Positions 27,395-40,141 are shown, counted from the first letter of the stretch. The stretch is 64,000 bases of DNA from Octopus vulgaris (GCA_951406725.2 OX597834.1:38564001-38628000); one strand, 5' to 3'. The notes: generated from the sequence alone by a model not told the origin. Numbers and translations: made by a program.

Positions 27395-27705
27395 TACTTT
27401 GACTATAAGAGATAAACACTCCCTAATGAGTAAAAAATAAATTCTTCCCTCAATAACGACTAAACTTTTCTGATCTCATGAAATAGAAAAAAAACCCCCG
27501 TTAGTCGTTGCGTTGTATGTCAATTGCCAATTGTTGTATGCTGATAGTCAAACTGCATCAGGGGTTAAGTAATGTGTGTCGGGAGTCAAGTGTTTTGTGC
27601 TAAGAGTCAAGGGTCAAGTGTTGCGAGTCAAAGGTCAAGTGTTTTATGTCAGGGTCAATTGTTTTGTGTCAAAATCAACAGTTGTGTATCATCGGTCAAA
27701 TGGGG
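27395..27705. repeat. Degenerate ~21-bp minisatellite (GAGTCAAGTGTTTTGTGCTAA-like) with an inverted unit upstream
   Basis: GTCAA recurs at about 21-bp spacing from 27540 to 27700. TTGACTATAAGAGATAAACAC near 27399 is an inverted unit. Confidence 0.6.
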
Positions 27706-27859
27706 GGGGTTATGCTTTGGTATGGAGGAAGGGGATTGTCCATAACCTTCGCAGTTCCTCAGAGCCTGGTAGAATCGATGAGGGTGGTGTTTCTGCTGAT
27801 GGTTGCAGCAAAACCACGCACAGGGGAGGAATTCCATTGAAATCTCGTCCTGGAGGTGG

Positions 27860-28110
27860 AATCGCGTGGCTTAGTGGTTAGAGTGTTGGACTCATGATCG
27901 TGAGGTTGTGGTTTCCATTACTGGATCGGGCGACGCGTTGTGTCCTGAAGCAAAACACTTCATTTCACGTTGCTCCAGTCCACGGAGATGGCAGAAACGA
28001 GTAATCCTGCGACAGACCAGCGTCCCATTCCAGAGGGGAGGGGAGAAATTTATGGGTCACGGAAACCGAGAAACGGGCTCTATGTGTTTATATGACTCAG
28101 GAAGGATCTA
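27860..28110 (+). mobile_element. SINE with family C-type tRNA head
   Basis: GCGTGGCTTAGTGGTTAGAGTGTTGGACTCATGATCG...TGTGTCCTGAAGCAAAACACTTCATTTCACGTTGCTCCAG. Confidence 0.75.
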
Positions 28111-28122
28111 CCGTACTGGGGA

Positions 28123-28308
28123 CGAAGGGGTGCTGTAAAGTTCTTGGCCTTAAGGCTATCGCGAAAGCTCTGACTGAAGGCCCAACCTTCCGTGTTCTTT
28201 TACAAGGCTTACAAAACCCGAAGGATTGCAGCAATTTTATGTTGAATAAAATCTTAATTAACTGATCCTCTTTTACCTAAAGCCAGGAACTTTTCAGTAC
28301 ACCGTTCA
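28123..28308. mobile_element. Mariner-derived MITE
   Basis: Imperfect ~30-bp TIRs CGAAGGGGTGCTGTAAAGTTCTTGGCCTTA / TAAAGCCAGGAACTTTTCAGTACACCGTTCA, followed by TA. No ORF. Confidence 0.7.
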
Positions 28309-28330
28309 TATGTCATGTTGGAAGCAGTCT

Positions 28331-28408
<78 letters not shown>

Positions 28409-28821
28409 CGATTGTGTTGAGATGGAGGGCTTTTGAAGAGGCAGAACAAGATCGACCATCTCTGAAAAGCAGAAGCCTCTACGGTAGCGGTAGAAAAGTC
28501 AGAGTGAGGACACAGCCCGTCAGTGGACCAGACACTGGAGTGTCTTGGAGAGCAACTTAATGTCTACCAGTTGGGGTTTATTTTGCTTTTCTTTTGGTTT
28601 AGTCTCAGATAGTTAGATATTTGGTAACAGAATCATTCTATATGCAGGGGCCACATTCTATGTTGAACTTGGTATCAGTTAGTAATTGTCGACAGCTAGA
28701 AGAAGGAAAAGAAGAAGAAGAAGAAGAAGAAGAAGAAGAAGAAGAAGAAGAAGAAGAAGAAGAAGAAGAAGAAGAAGAAGAAGAAGAAGAAGAAGGAGGA
28801 GGAGGAGGAGGAGGAGGAGGA

Positions 28822-28864
<43 letters not shown>

Positions 28865-29219
28865 TTTAAAATACATTTTGTAATATATCTTTTCCTGTAA
28901 ATTATAAGTTTTTCTTAGGATTTTTCAAAACGTTCTTCATTTTATATATATCTGTCTGGCTAACTTCCTTCTTTTCTTACTTTTTTTATCTTTTTCCCTT
29001 CTTATTCTTTCATTTTGTTTTCTTAAATTCGTTTTTAGTCTCCTAGTTTTTCTGTCTTTAATTTCTGTTTTGTTGTTCTCGTTTTCTTCCCACAGTTCAA
29101 TTTTTAAACATTATTTTGAATTTTCTTATCCAAATTTCATACAATGAGGCTACTTTCGCTACGCATTTATTGCTGAAACAATTCAATGGCTAAAAGTCTT
29201 TATCTTACATTGTGCAGGG

Positions 29220-29495
29220 CCAATATTAGATATACAGTGAGTCTATTCTATATCCTGTCAATTAGTACATCATCTCTATCAGATAGTCCAACGTGGCTAC
29301 TAAATAGTACAATATCTCTATTAACTGATACAATGGTTTTATCAGATTAGCTAGTATAGTGCATCTATCAGTCATGAAATGTTTCTAGTAGATATAAAAC
29401 GGTTCTATTAGATAGTACAATGCTTGCTTAGGATTGTGTGCTATCTCGCAGACAGTACAGTCTCTCTATTAGACTGAATACCTGTATTATATATT
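29220..29495. repeat. Degenerate ~21-bp minisatellite (TCTATTAGATAGTACAATGTC-like)
   Basis: Recurrent CTAT(T/C)AGA.AGTACA units, resuming briefly after the SINE at about 29877-29915. Confidence 0.65.
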
Positions 29496-29496
29496 A

Positions 29497-29865
29497 ATGG
29501 CCAGTGGTTAGGGCAGCGGTCGTAGGATCGCGGTTTCGATTCCCAGACCGGGCGTTGTGAGTGTTTATTGAGCGAAAACACCTAAAAGCTCCACGATGCT
29601 CCAGCAGGGGATGGTAGTGATCCCTGCTGTACTCTTTCACCACAACTTTCTCTCACTCTTACTTCCTGTTTCTGTTGTACCTGTATTTCAAAGGGGCCAG
29701 CCTTGTCACTCTCTGTGTCACGCTGAATATCCCCGAGAACTACGTTAAGGGTACACGTGTCTGTGGAGTGCTCAGCCACTTACACGTTAATTTCACGAGC
29801 AGGCTGTTCCGTTGATCGCATCAACCGGAACCCTCGTCGTCGTAACCGACGGAGTGCTTCCATCC
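29497..29865 (+). mobile_element. SINE family C with 11-bp TSD
   Basis: A-box TGGCCAGTGG and B-box GTTTCGATTCC. Flanked by ATTATATATTA at 29486-29496 and 29866-29876. Confidence 0.92.
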
Positions 29866-30403
29866 ATTATATATTACAGTGTACATTAGATTGTGTTGTC
29901 TCTTTATTAGATAAGACTAAAAAGTTATAAATTTCAGTGTTGATGCTAAACTCTGTGGACATTTAGATTCCTGCTAATGTATATAATAAACATTTGTCAT
30001 CTTCCACGAAGGAAGTGTTATAAATGATAAGTGTTATAAATCCAGTTGATACTAAAACTAAGATTAAAGGAAGGAAGATGGACGTTGCATTTATAATCAA
30101 ACATAAAAACAGTCCATCAAAGTCAAGAATGAACATCGGTGTCTTGAAAAACCTTTGCATGACCACTCAATCTGCTAAAAGAAACAGCCAAATCTTCCTA
30201 ATTCAAAACACATCAAAACGCTATGCAAAAAGAATTATTCCATGATCACTCACGTTAGTGGTTACTACCGGCATCTTGATTCATTTAGATCAGGGATTTT
30301 TTTTAAAACCAGCTTTTAACCTACGGATCCCTTTGATTCCTCTTTTACTCGGGTAGACCCTCATAAACATTTGATGCTTTAAAAAAAATCCTATTGCATT
30401 TTT

Positions 30404-30477
30404 TCATCATCATCATCATCACCATCATCATTATCATCATCATCATCATCATCATCACCATCATCATCATTATCATC

Positions 30478-30566
<89 letters not shown>

Positions 30567-30585
30567 CATCATCATCATTATCATC

Positions 30586-30617
<32 letters not shown>

Positions 30618-30624
30618 TATCATC

Positions 30625-30656
<32 letters not shown>

Positions 30657-30695
30657 CATCATCATTATCATCATCATCATCATCATCATCACCAC

Positions 30696-30728
<33 letters not shown>
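30404..30728. repeat. (CAT)n microsatellite
   Basis: Direct reading. Confidence 0.95.
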
Positions 30729-31009
30729 TATATTGTATAAAACCCAGAGCAACATTATAGAGAACTCCAAAATGTTTTCTAGTATGTATAAGCATTCTAC
30801 CATTTATTGACTGCGTGCGTTAACTGTATTTCCTGTCGTTTGTAAACATAAACTTATATACGCTTGAGTGGTGCATGTGCCTACATGTGTGAATATATAT
30901 ACATATATACACATACATACATACATACATACATACATACATACATACATACATACTCACATACATACATACATACATACATACATACATACATGCATAC
31001 ATACATACA

Positions 31010-31041
<32 letters not shown>

Positions 31042-31091
31042 ATTTATGCGTCTCGAAACAAACCGATAGAAATTTCTAAAAAAATCCGTTA

Positions 31092-31151
31092 TTACCGTAT
31101 TGGTCCAATTTTGGGGTTAATTCATAAGAATTTTCCCCTCTTCAGCGATAA
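31092..31151 (-). ncRNA. Hammerhead copy with G12->A substitution (probably inactive)
   Basis: Reverse complement is identical to 31422-31481 except AAAA in place of GAAA. Confidence 0.7.
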
Positions 31152-31421
31152 ATACGTGGGATATAAGTGAAATACTTACTCATACCCATGGAAAGAGCAA
31201 GCACCCCGAAAAATATTTTATTCTTCATTAGTTATAAATTGAATAGTGTTCACTTCCGGATTCTATCACTCTGTGAAAGTTTCTCGTTCGAATCACACGT
31301 GTCTCGAGATGTGCCGAAGATTTTCTATTTTGGATATATTTGGGGTACTTAGGTCTGCTCTGGACTTGGTGCTTGCTTTTTCCATGGGTATGAGTAAGTA
31401 TTTCACTTATATCTCGCGTAT

Positions 31422-31481
31422 TTATCGCTGAAGAGGGGAAAATTCTTATGAATTAACCCCGAAATTGGACCAATACGGTAA
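31422..31481 (+). ncRNA. Minimal type-I hammerhead ribozyme, intact core
   Basis: TTATCG-CTGAAGA-GGGG-N18-CCCC-GAAA-TTGGACCAA-TA-CGGTAA. Stem I TTATCG/CGGTAA (one G.U), stem II GGGG/CCCC, quasi-palindromic stem III ATTGG-A-CCAAT. Predicted cleavage after A31475. Confidence 0.85.
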
Positions 31482-32144
31482 TAATGGATTTTTTAGAAAT
31501 TTCTATCGGTTTGTTTCGAGACGCATAAATTATAATGGTTATTGACAATTTTTGTCTTTTTTTCGGCATATTTGGCATTAGAATTTTTCTTTTGCCCTTA
31601 TCTTGTAAATTATTTATAAATTTAACCTTTAAAGGTATTTTTTGATATGCTGGCCATTGATAAAAGTTTTTTCTCGAAAAAAATTTTATCCTTCATTAGT
31701 TATACATACATATATATGTACATACATACATACATACATACATACATACATACATACATACATACATACATACATACATACATACATACATACATACATG
31801 CATACATACATATGTCCGACTTGTCGTTAGAGATATCATCATGGTTTTACCTCACCTGTTGATACCTGTTTGAAATTTTACCTGAAGATGGTGAATTTTA
31901 AACCCTATTTGTTTTCTTTCTTTTATACCTACACCGCACCTACAACCAGCTCTGAATCTGATCAACGGTTTAAATTGGATTTGGTACTTACATATCTACA
32001 ATATTCTACCAACACCTGAGACCTTTTTGGCTCTTTTACCTCATTGTGAACCCTATGTTATTGTACATAGCTACTTCACACATCCTACATGTTGATGCGC
32101 CCAGATTCTAATGAATCCTATAACTAATCCATACACACACACAT

Positions 32145-32186
<42 letters not shown>

Positions 32187-32330
32187 GTAAATATACACAC
32201 ATATACTGTATATGTATATGATATACATACATACACACATATATATATATATACATATATATACATATACATACATATATATATATACATACATATATAT
32301 ATATATATACATATACATATACATACACAT

Positions 32331-32379
<49 letters not shown>

Positions 32380-32620
32380 TATGTGTGCGTGTGGGCATAT
32401 ATATGCGCATATACAGATGCCTGTATGTATGCAGATTTTTACATATGCGTATATATATGCATCAATAAATATACTAGTTATCTATTTCATCCGCGCATAC
32501 GCAGATGCATGCAATCATGGTAATATGTATCCAGTTATCTAACTACACATACATATATACTTACACACACACACATATGTATGTACATATATATACTTAC
32601 AAACACACACATGCACACAC

Positions 32621-32675
<55 letters not shown>

Positions 32676-32774
32676 AACATACACACATACAAACACACAC
32701 ACACATATATATATATACTTAGATATACACATACACTTACACTATATATACTTTCATAAATTTACACACACATG

Positions 32775-32808
<34 letters not shown>

Positions 32809-33459
32809 CAGAGAAAGATAGAAAGAGAAAGAGAAAGTTATATGGGTAGAGAGAGGGAGCGCACTCGGGTAGACGGCAAAGGTGGATGTGAGAGAAGAAA
32901 TATTGGATATATAGAGCAGCAAAGGAAAACAAAACATCAAGATATCAAGGAAAACGAAAACAGAATGCAAAAATAAAGGGGAAAAACGAACGAGTATTGT
33001 GCAGAGGTGAGTTGGTGAATAACGCTCTAAGTGCAACGAGTGCATCAATGTAAAAGCATTGTGCACTGAGTGCAGCGGATAGAGAAAGAAAACGAGAGAG
33101 AGAGAGATAGAGTAAGAGAGAGAGAGGGGGGGAGTTTGAGGCGTTGCACATATGTTGCAGTTAAGAGAGGTGCCGAGATAGTGAGTAGGAAGAGCGAAAG
33201 AGGAGGAGAGATGGAGGAGAAAGAGGTAAAGAAGATTCAGGACAGAATGAAGAGGGTGGAAGAGCGAGAGGGAGAGAGAGAGAGAGAGAGAGATGTTGGT
33301 GGAATAAGAATAAAAGAATAAGATGAGGAGAGAACAATATTAAGGAGGGAAGGAAAAATATGTAGATACAGGTAGATACAGGTAGGAAAGGTGGTATGTA
33401 TGTATATATACATATACATATATACATCCAGGTAAAGTCCCAGGTATATAAGCAATTCG

Positions 33460-33561
<102 letters not shown>

Positions 33562-33944
33562 CACACACATATATATATATATGCATATATATATTTATAT
33601 ATATATACATTTATATATACATATATATATGTATATATATATGCATATATATATGTGTAGGGGTGTGTGTGTGTGCGTGTGTGTGTATGTGTGTGTGTGT
33701 AGATATATGTGCTCTCCCTATCTCTCGCTGATACACACACACGCACATACATACACACATACACACAGAGAGAACAAATAGATAGAGAGGGATAACGAAA
33801 GAGAGAGAAGGTATACATAGGTATTCAATAGTGGTGTAGAAATACTTGTAGATTGTGTAAATATAGATATCTAGGTAGGTAGGTGGGTAGGTAGGTAGTT
33901 AGGTAGGTAGACGTATGGATTGCTAGATATATAGATGGATAGCC

Positions 33945-34034
<90 letters not shown>

Positions 34035-34081
34035 GTGGATGGATGGATGGATGGATGGATGGATGGATGGATGGATGGATG

Positions 34082-34124
<43 letters not shown>

Positions 34125-34538
34125 GAATAGATAGATTGATGGATGGATGGATAGAGAGAGAGAGAGCGAAGATGCAAATGTTAGTAGGTAGATTGTTAGG
34201 TAGATAGACAGGCTGTTGTAAATTTGGGAAGAGAGAAAGATCCAGGGAGACCAACGGAAGGAGATATGAATAATCATTTGACAAAAAGCAGAAGAGCGAG
34301 TCTCTGAGTAAGGAAGAGAAAGAGCACGGACAATGTATCCGAAGAGGGAGTGTAAAAACCGGAGGATCCCACAGAAACTACTCATACGTCTAAATATGTG
34401 CTGTTTATAATACACACACACATATATGTATATATGCTTGTATGTATGTATGTATGTATGTACGTATGTATGTATGTATGCATACACGTATGTATGTATA
34501 CATATGTATGTATTTCTGTGTGTGTGAACATATATATA

Positions 34539-34987
34539 TCCATCATAATAAATGCCAAAACGAATTTCTGTGTGTCAGTGTGTCACACTTCGACCCCCTC
34601 CCCTTCTCTCACTATTGAAAGACACTTCTACTCCTCTTCCTGGGGTGAGAGTAATAGTAGGCATAGAGACGGTGGGGGCTGTAGTAGATTGGCAGTTGAG
34701 ATGGTGATTGGGTGATAGTAACAGTATGAGTTGTAGCTGTGATAGAGGCGGAGGCGACGATGATGATGGTGGTGATGGTGGTGGTGGTGGTGGTGGTGGT
34801 GGTGGTGGTGGTAGCTGAGGCGGCCAAGCTTGACGATGATAGTAAGGGATGTGAAAGACAGTGGTGACGATGGTGGAGGAGAAGGCGGCAAAGTCAAAAG
34901 TATTGATGGTGGTGACGTCAGAAATCTGAATTGCAGTTGTGGTAGCAATAATGGTGGTACTGGTGATGGTGATGGTTGAAAACAATC

Positions 34988-35024
<37 letters not shown>

Positions 35025-35290
35025 AAAGAGGTTAAACAAAAAAAAATTGACTCCCGAATGTGAAGACAAAAAATATTGTTTATCACGAAGCTTTGCAATT
35101 AGTTCCAAATCGACATATTATATCATTGTTTTGACGAAAATTGTTCATTGTTTGAAAAATATTGGTCAAGTTTAATAAAATTTAATATGTACTCAATGCA
35201 TGAACTGTCTTTATTGGGCTCAAGGCCCAATGAAGAGCCCTTCATAAGAGCTAGCTTAAAAGCCACCTTATCTGGCGGGTTTTATGCTAG
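34539..35290 (+). mobile_element. Non-autonomous Helitron-like element containing (GGT)n/(AG)n
   Basis: Starts A|TC (TCCATCATAATAAATGCC...TTTCTGTGTGTC) and ends with hairpin AAAAGCCACC-TTATCT-GGCGGGTTTT, then CTAG|T. Confidence 0.6.
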
Positions 35291-35334
35291 TATATATATA
35301 TAGGAGTGGGTGTGTGGTAAATAGTTTGCTTACC

Positions 35335-35406
<72 letters not shown>

Positions 35407-35865
35407 GTATATGTATCAATATATTTATGTCTATATATGCATATATATGTATCTATGTATATGTATGTATGTATGTATGTATGTATGCAAGTATGTCTGC
35501 GTTGTTAGAGTATATTATCAGTGACAATTGTTCAAAAGCTAATAAAATGCAAATTGAAATACAGGTATAAAAACGAAGACAGATAAGCTGTCGTTCTCTT
35601 TTCCTTTCTTCTTTTTCTGCTACATTATTTCAGTTTGCATTGTATTAGCCTTTTTCGAATCCACGAGCAGCGACAGAACTCAATTTCCATGATACAAGCA
35701 TTTATATTTTTTTGCCGTGTATATAACACGATCGTAAATATGCTGGTTACCATTGGTTTCTTGTGTGAAACATAGTCTACCTAGCCTATTACAAATGTTA
35801 GAAGTCGTACGTAGATTAAGGTTACAAGGCAATGCAGCTTTAGTAAGTTACAATTACACACCTTA

Positions 35866-36264
35866 TCTCTCTATTTATAAAGCTGAAGTTGTCTGTGTAT
35901 GTTAGGTTTGGTAGCCTTCAACTAACACTATCTCCTCCGAGACCCTGCGGCGCAAGTTGACCAAAACTGAGAGTATGATAGAAGAAGGCTTGCTCTTCCT
36001 TCCGTAGAAGAAAAGATTGAAATCGGACCATGTTAACACCAAAAATTATTTACATCAAAAAGGTGCTTTTTTTTCTTTTTCTATGAAAATCCCTATGTTT
36101 AATGACTTTTTGACTGCTGTGTCGCTATTTTTCGGTGTATTTCAACTAGAAAAATGTTCACTTAAAGAGAATAACAAGCTACATAATGCAAAATTTATAC
36201 TTTTCAAAAATTCCAATTCTAAAGGGTCGAAACAAACCCGAGCAATGCCGGGCGATACTGCTAG
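35866..36264 (+). mobile_element. Non-autonomous Helitron (~400 bp)
   Basis: A|TCTCTCTATTTATAAAGCTGAAGTTGTCTGTG start, GC hairpin CCCGAGCAATGCCGGG 8 nt before terminal CTAG|T. Inserted between A and T with no TSD. Confidence 0.85.
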
Positions 36265-37257
36265 TGTAGTTATAAGTTTTTAAAGAAATTACATACACCT
36301 ACACTCCTATAATCAAACACAGTGGTTGTGATGCTTGTCTCCTTTCGGTAGTTTTCCTAGAAATTTTCGTCACACTATTCCTGTAGTGACGGGATGAATT
36401 TATTTGGATCTTATGCTTTTGGGTCGCACCTCAATAAAAAGCACTCTACACGTGAGCTGTTGTGATGCTCTTATAATTACTTTATCATTTTCTATGCTTG
36501 TATTTCTTGTTGCTAACAGAAGAATCTCAGTGTGTTTGTGTGTGTAAGGTTGACTTTACCTTCTTTCCATCTTATTGTATCTTTATTTTTGTGTCACTAT
36601 GATGGTAAGTGGTGGTTGTTGGAATGTATTACTCCATTCTTTCCGTTGAACGTGTCTGTTTCTGATGGGGTTCCGAATCTGTTTCCTCTATTCGTACAGA
36701 TTCTGTAATATCTTGTAATGTTGGGTCTTTTTGATGTGTGGAAAGTATTTTTTACTTCAACTTATTTTATCGATCCACTGTGCGTCTCTATGGTATTTTG
36801 GCAGAACATGTATATTACCCTTTTTTTCATTATATTCCTATCACTAATCTACAATCGCTTCAGCTACACTACTGGCCGTTTCTCCTATATAAGTCGTGAT
36901 CATTTCTCTACATTACTCTTCTATGCATCTCATGTATTGCACGACACATTTCTAGTCTTGTATTTTACTCTACATATTTCGCAGCTGTTGCATGCACAAG
37001 GTTATTCTCAAATGAGTATGACTTACATAATTAGTTACTTGAATGTTCATTTTTGTGCTCCCTTCATTTTAAATTTTGTTTCACGTAGTAGTTATATAAA
37101 TTTGTGATCTGATTAACCTCTCAGTGTAGCAGCGATGAACATCACGCCTTGCAATGTGTTGTTGTCATAGGAAGAGCACCTTTTATACATATTTGCATTC
37201 ATAAATACATATACAGATATGCATGTATATACGTTTATGTACATATGTATATATATG

Positions 37258-37872
37258 CGAAAACTGAAAGAAGCCCGTCGTACAAATACTACTACTAACC
37301 GCTCAGTCGAAGTCGACACTCGGGTCACTCGTTGGATCAGTGTCCTCCAGTCAGTTCTATCCTGGGTCGCTTCTTTCAGACTGGCTATGTCCATTCCGGT
37401 ATCACTCTTGATGGTGTCAAGCCAGCGGGTTCTTGGTCGGCCTCTTCCTCTCTTGCCACTGACCATTCCGAGCATGACGTCCTTCTCCAGGGACTTTCTC
37501 CGCATAATATGACCGAAATATGACAATCTATGCTTGGTGATCCTAGCTTCTACCGACATTTTCGGCCTTATCTGCTTAAGAACTTCTCCATTGGTGAGCC
37601 TCGCTGTCCATGGAATCCGTAAAAGTCTTCTCCAATACCAAAGCTCGGATGCATTAATTCTCTTCTGGTCAGCTTTCTTTAGTGTCCAGGTCTCGCATCC
37701 ATATGTTGGTATTGGGAAGACAATTGCATTCACGTACAAATATATATCTATATATGTCAGTGTATGTATGTCTGTGTTTGTCACCCACACTCCACCATCG
37801 CCACCACTTGTTTACGTCCCCGTTGCTCAACAGTTCGGCAAAAGTGACCGATAGAATAAATACCGGGCTTTA
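37258..37872 (+). mobile_element. SINE family A fragment interrupted by an RTE insertion
   Basis: GAAACTGAAAGAAGCCCGTCG lies before the insert, and TGTTTGTC...GTTTACGTCCCC...TTCGGCAAAAG.GACCGATAGAATAA after it. Confidence 0.8.
37289..37732 (-). mobile_element. 5'-truncated RTE-clade (BovB-like) LINE 3' end with 10-bp TSD
   Basis: Open frame NAIVFPIPTYGCETWTLKKADQKRINASELWYWRRLLRIPWTARLTN...YFGHIMRRKSLEKDVMLGMVSGKRGRGRPRTRWLD...DRTDWR, then GACTGAGCGGT(TAG)n tail. TSD CGTACAAATA at 37279-37288 and 37733-37742. Confidence 0.95.
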
Positions 37873-37877
37873 AAATA

Positions 37878-37934
<57 letters not shown>

Positions 37935-38016
37935 TTGGGTATGCATAATATATGCATGTATATGTATCTATCTATCTATCTATCTCTATCTATCTATCTG
38001 TCTGTCTGTCTGTTTA

Positions 38017-38060
<44 letters not shown>

Positions 38061-38088
38061 CACACACGCACATATATATATATATATA

Positions 38089-38126
<38 letters not shown>

Positions 38127-38176
38127 CTTATATATATATATATATATGTTTGGATTAACTATATATATATATATAT

Positions 38177-38228
<52 letters not shown>

Positions 38229-38429
38229 TCCACACACACAAACACACGCACACGCATCGCATACGCTACACATCTAATAAGAACAGGAAAAGCGAGAGAA
38301 AAGGGAGCCAGTTTAGGGAAGCTACGAAAGGAGGGATCGGGAGTTGAGACACTCAATTAGCATGATGACCAAAAGGGATGGAATAGCCGGACAGGGCGGA
38401 GGAAATAGTGGTGTTACTGTTGATGCTCT

Positions 38430-38960
38430 TGGTGGTGGTGGTGGTCATCAACGTCGTCGCGGTTGTGTTGATGTTGTTACTGGTGGCGGTAGTGGGTCTC
38501 GACGGTCGGTCGTGGTGGTGATGGCGGAGGTGATTGTGCTTGTTTTGAAGCTGGTGATGGTTGTGGTGGTGGTGGTGGTGGTGGTGCCGGCAGTGATAGT
38601 GCTGGTAGTGCTGGTGGTGCTGATGCTGGCGGTGACAGCGGTGGTGGTGGTAGTGGTTGTGGTGGCGGCGGTGGTGGTGGTGGTGGTGGTGGTTGTGGTG
38701 GGTCTCGACGGTCGGTCGTGGTGGTGATGGTTGTGTTGATGGCGGAGGTGATTGTGTGTTTTGGAGCTGGTGATGGTGGTACCGGCAGTGGTAGTGCTGG
38801 TGATGGTGGTGATGATGGTGGTGGTGGTGGTGGTGTGGTGGTGGTGATGGTGCTGCTGCTGATGCTGGTAATGGTGATCGCGGTGGAGGTTTGTCATGGT
38901 AGTGGCGGTGGCGGTGGCGGTGGTGGTGGATGGTGGTGGATGGTGATGCTGGTGTTGCTG
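38430..38960. repeat. (GGT)n-rich low-complexity tract with internal duplication
   Basis: GGGTCTCGACGGTCGGTCGTGGTGGTGATG occurs near 38494 and 38700. Confidence 0.85.
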
Positions 38961-39560
38961 TAATGTCAGGTGGTAGTTGAGGCAGATATTTATGTTACTT
39001 CTGATCGAGTTCAATGTCCTGATTGATCAGCTGAGAGAGAGAGAAAGAAAGAGAAAAAGAGAGAAGGAGAGGGGCAGAGGGGAGGTGGAAATGGTGATGG
39101 TAAGGGAGGAAGAGGGTGTCGGTGGGTAGGAGTTTAGTAAGAAATGGCGCCATCTGCACTTCATTGCACCGTACTGCACTGCACTCTGCAACAGATCACA
39201 TTGTATATCGATCTGTGATTGGTCCGGAGACATAGAGAATGAAGGATAGTGAGAGGGGCTGAGAGAGACGGGAATAGAGAGAGAGTAAGCAAGAGAGAAA
39301 GAGAGAGCGAGAGAGAGAGAGAGAAGGGGAGGAAGAGAGTCAAAGGGGGAGGGGAGGGAACGAGGGAGGGTGCATCGGGTATATTTCGGTGCAAACTCTT
39401 TCTTCTCTGGAAGCACGAACGAAGAAGATAACAATAATGATAATACTAATAATAATAATACAAATATTAACACTAATTATTATTGCTGTTGTTGTTGTTG
39501 TTGCTGCTGCTGTTATTTTAAAAAATGACAGCAACAACAACGACAATAATAATAATAATG

Positions 39561-39592
<32 letters not shown>

Positions 39593-39859
39593 AATGATAA
39601 TAATAATAATATCAGCCACAATTACAATGAAGATCAAAATAAAATTAAGACATAATTTTTTTTTTATATAAGTCAATCCTACACAGGTGTGTGAGCATGT
39701 GTATGTATGCATTTATATATATGAACATATATGCATTTATATATATATATATGTATGTGTATGCGTATGTGTGTGTGTATATATATACACATGTATTTGT
39801 ATATATGTCTGCATGTATGGATATATATACGCACGCACATACGTATCTATCTATCTATC

Positions 39860-39895
<36 letters not shown>

Positions 39896-39980
39896 CATAT
39901 ACATATATGTATATATACATACATACATATATATATCTATATATATGTGTGTGTGTGTGTGTATGTATGTATATACATAC

Positions 39981-40023
<43 letters not shown>

Positions 40024-40084
40024 CACATATATATGTATGTATATCCATACACACATATATATATACATATATACATACATACAT

Positions 40085-40141
<57 letters not shown>

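Larger units (their letters stand above)
31038..31534. mobile_element. Fold-back element (inverted Penelope-type pseudo-LTRs)
   Basis: Arms 31038-31205 and 31368-31534 are reverse complements with a few mismatches and a 162-bp spacer. Each arm contains a hammerhead motif. Confidence 0.85.

Noticed and set aside
29220-29495. CRISPR-like array
   Set aside because: Degenerate head-to-tail minisatellite with no unique spacers and no cas genes, in a eukaryotic context.
31880-31910. CTGAAGA-TGGT...ACC hammerhead start
   Set aside because: No GAAA box or stem III follows.
34850-34875. miR-71-like seed TGAAAGACA
   Set aside because: The match is limited to the 5' 9 nt, with no precursor hairpin, and lies inside a Helitron-like repeat.
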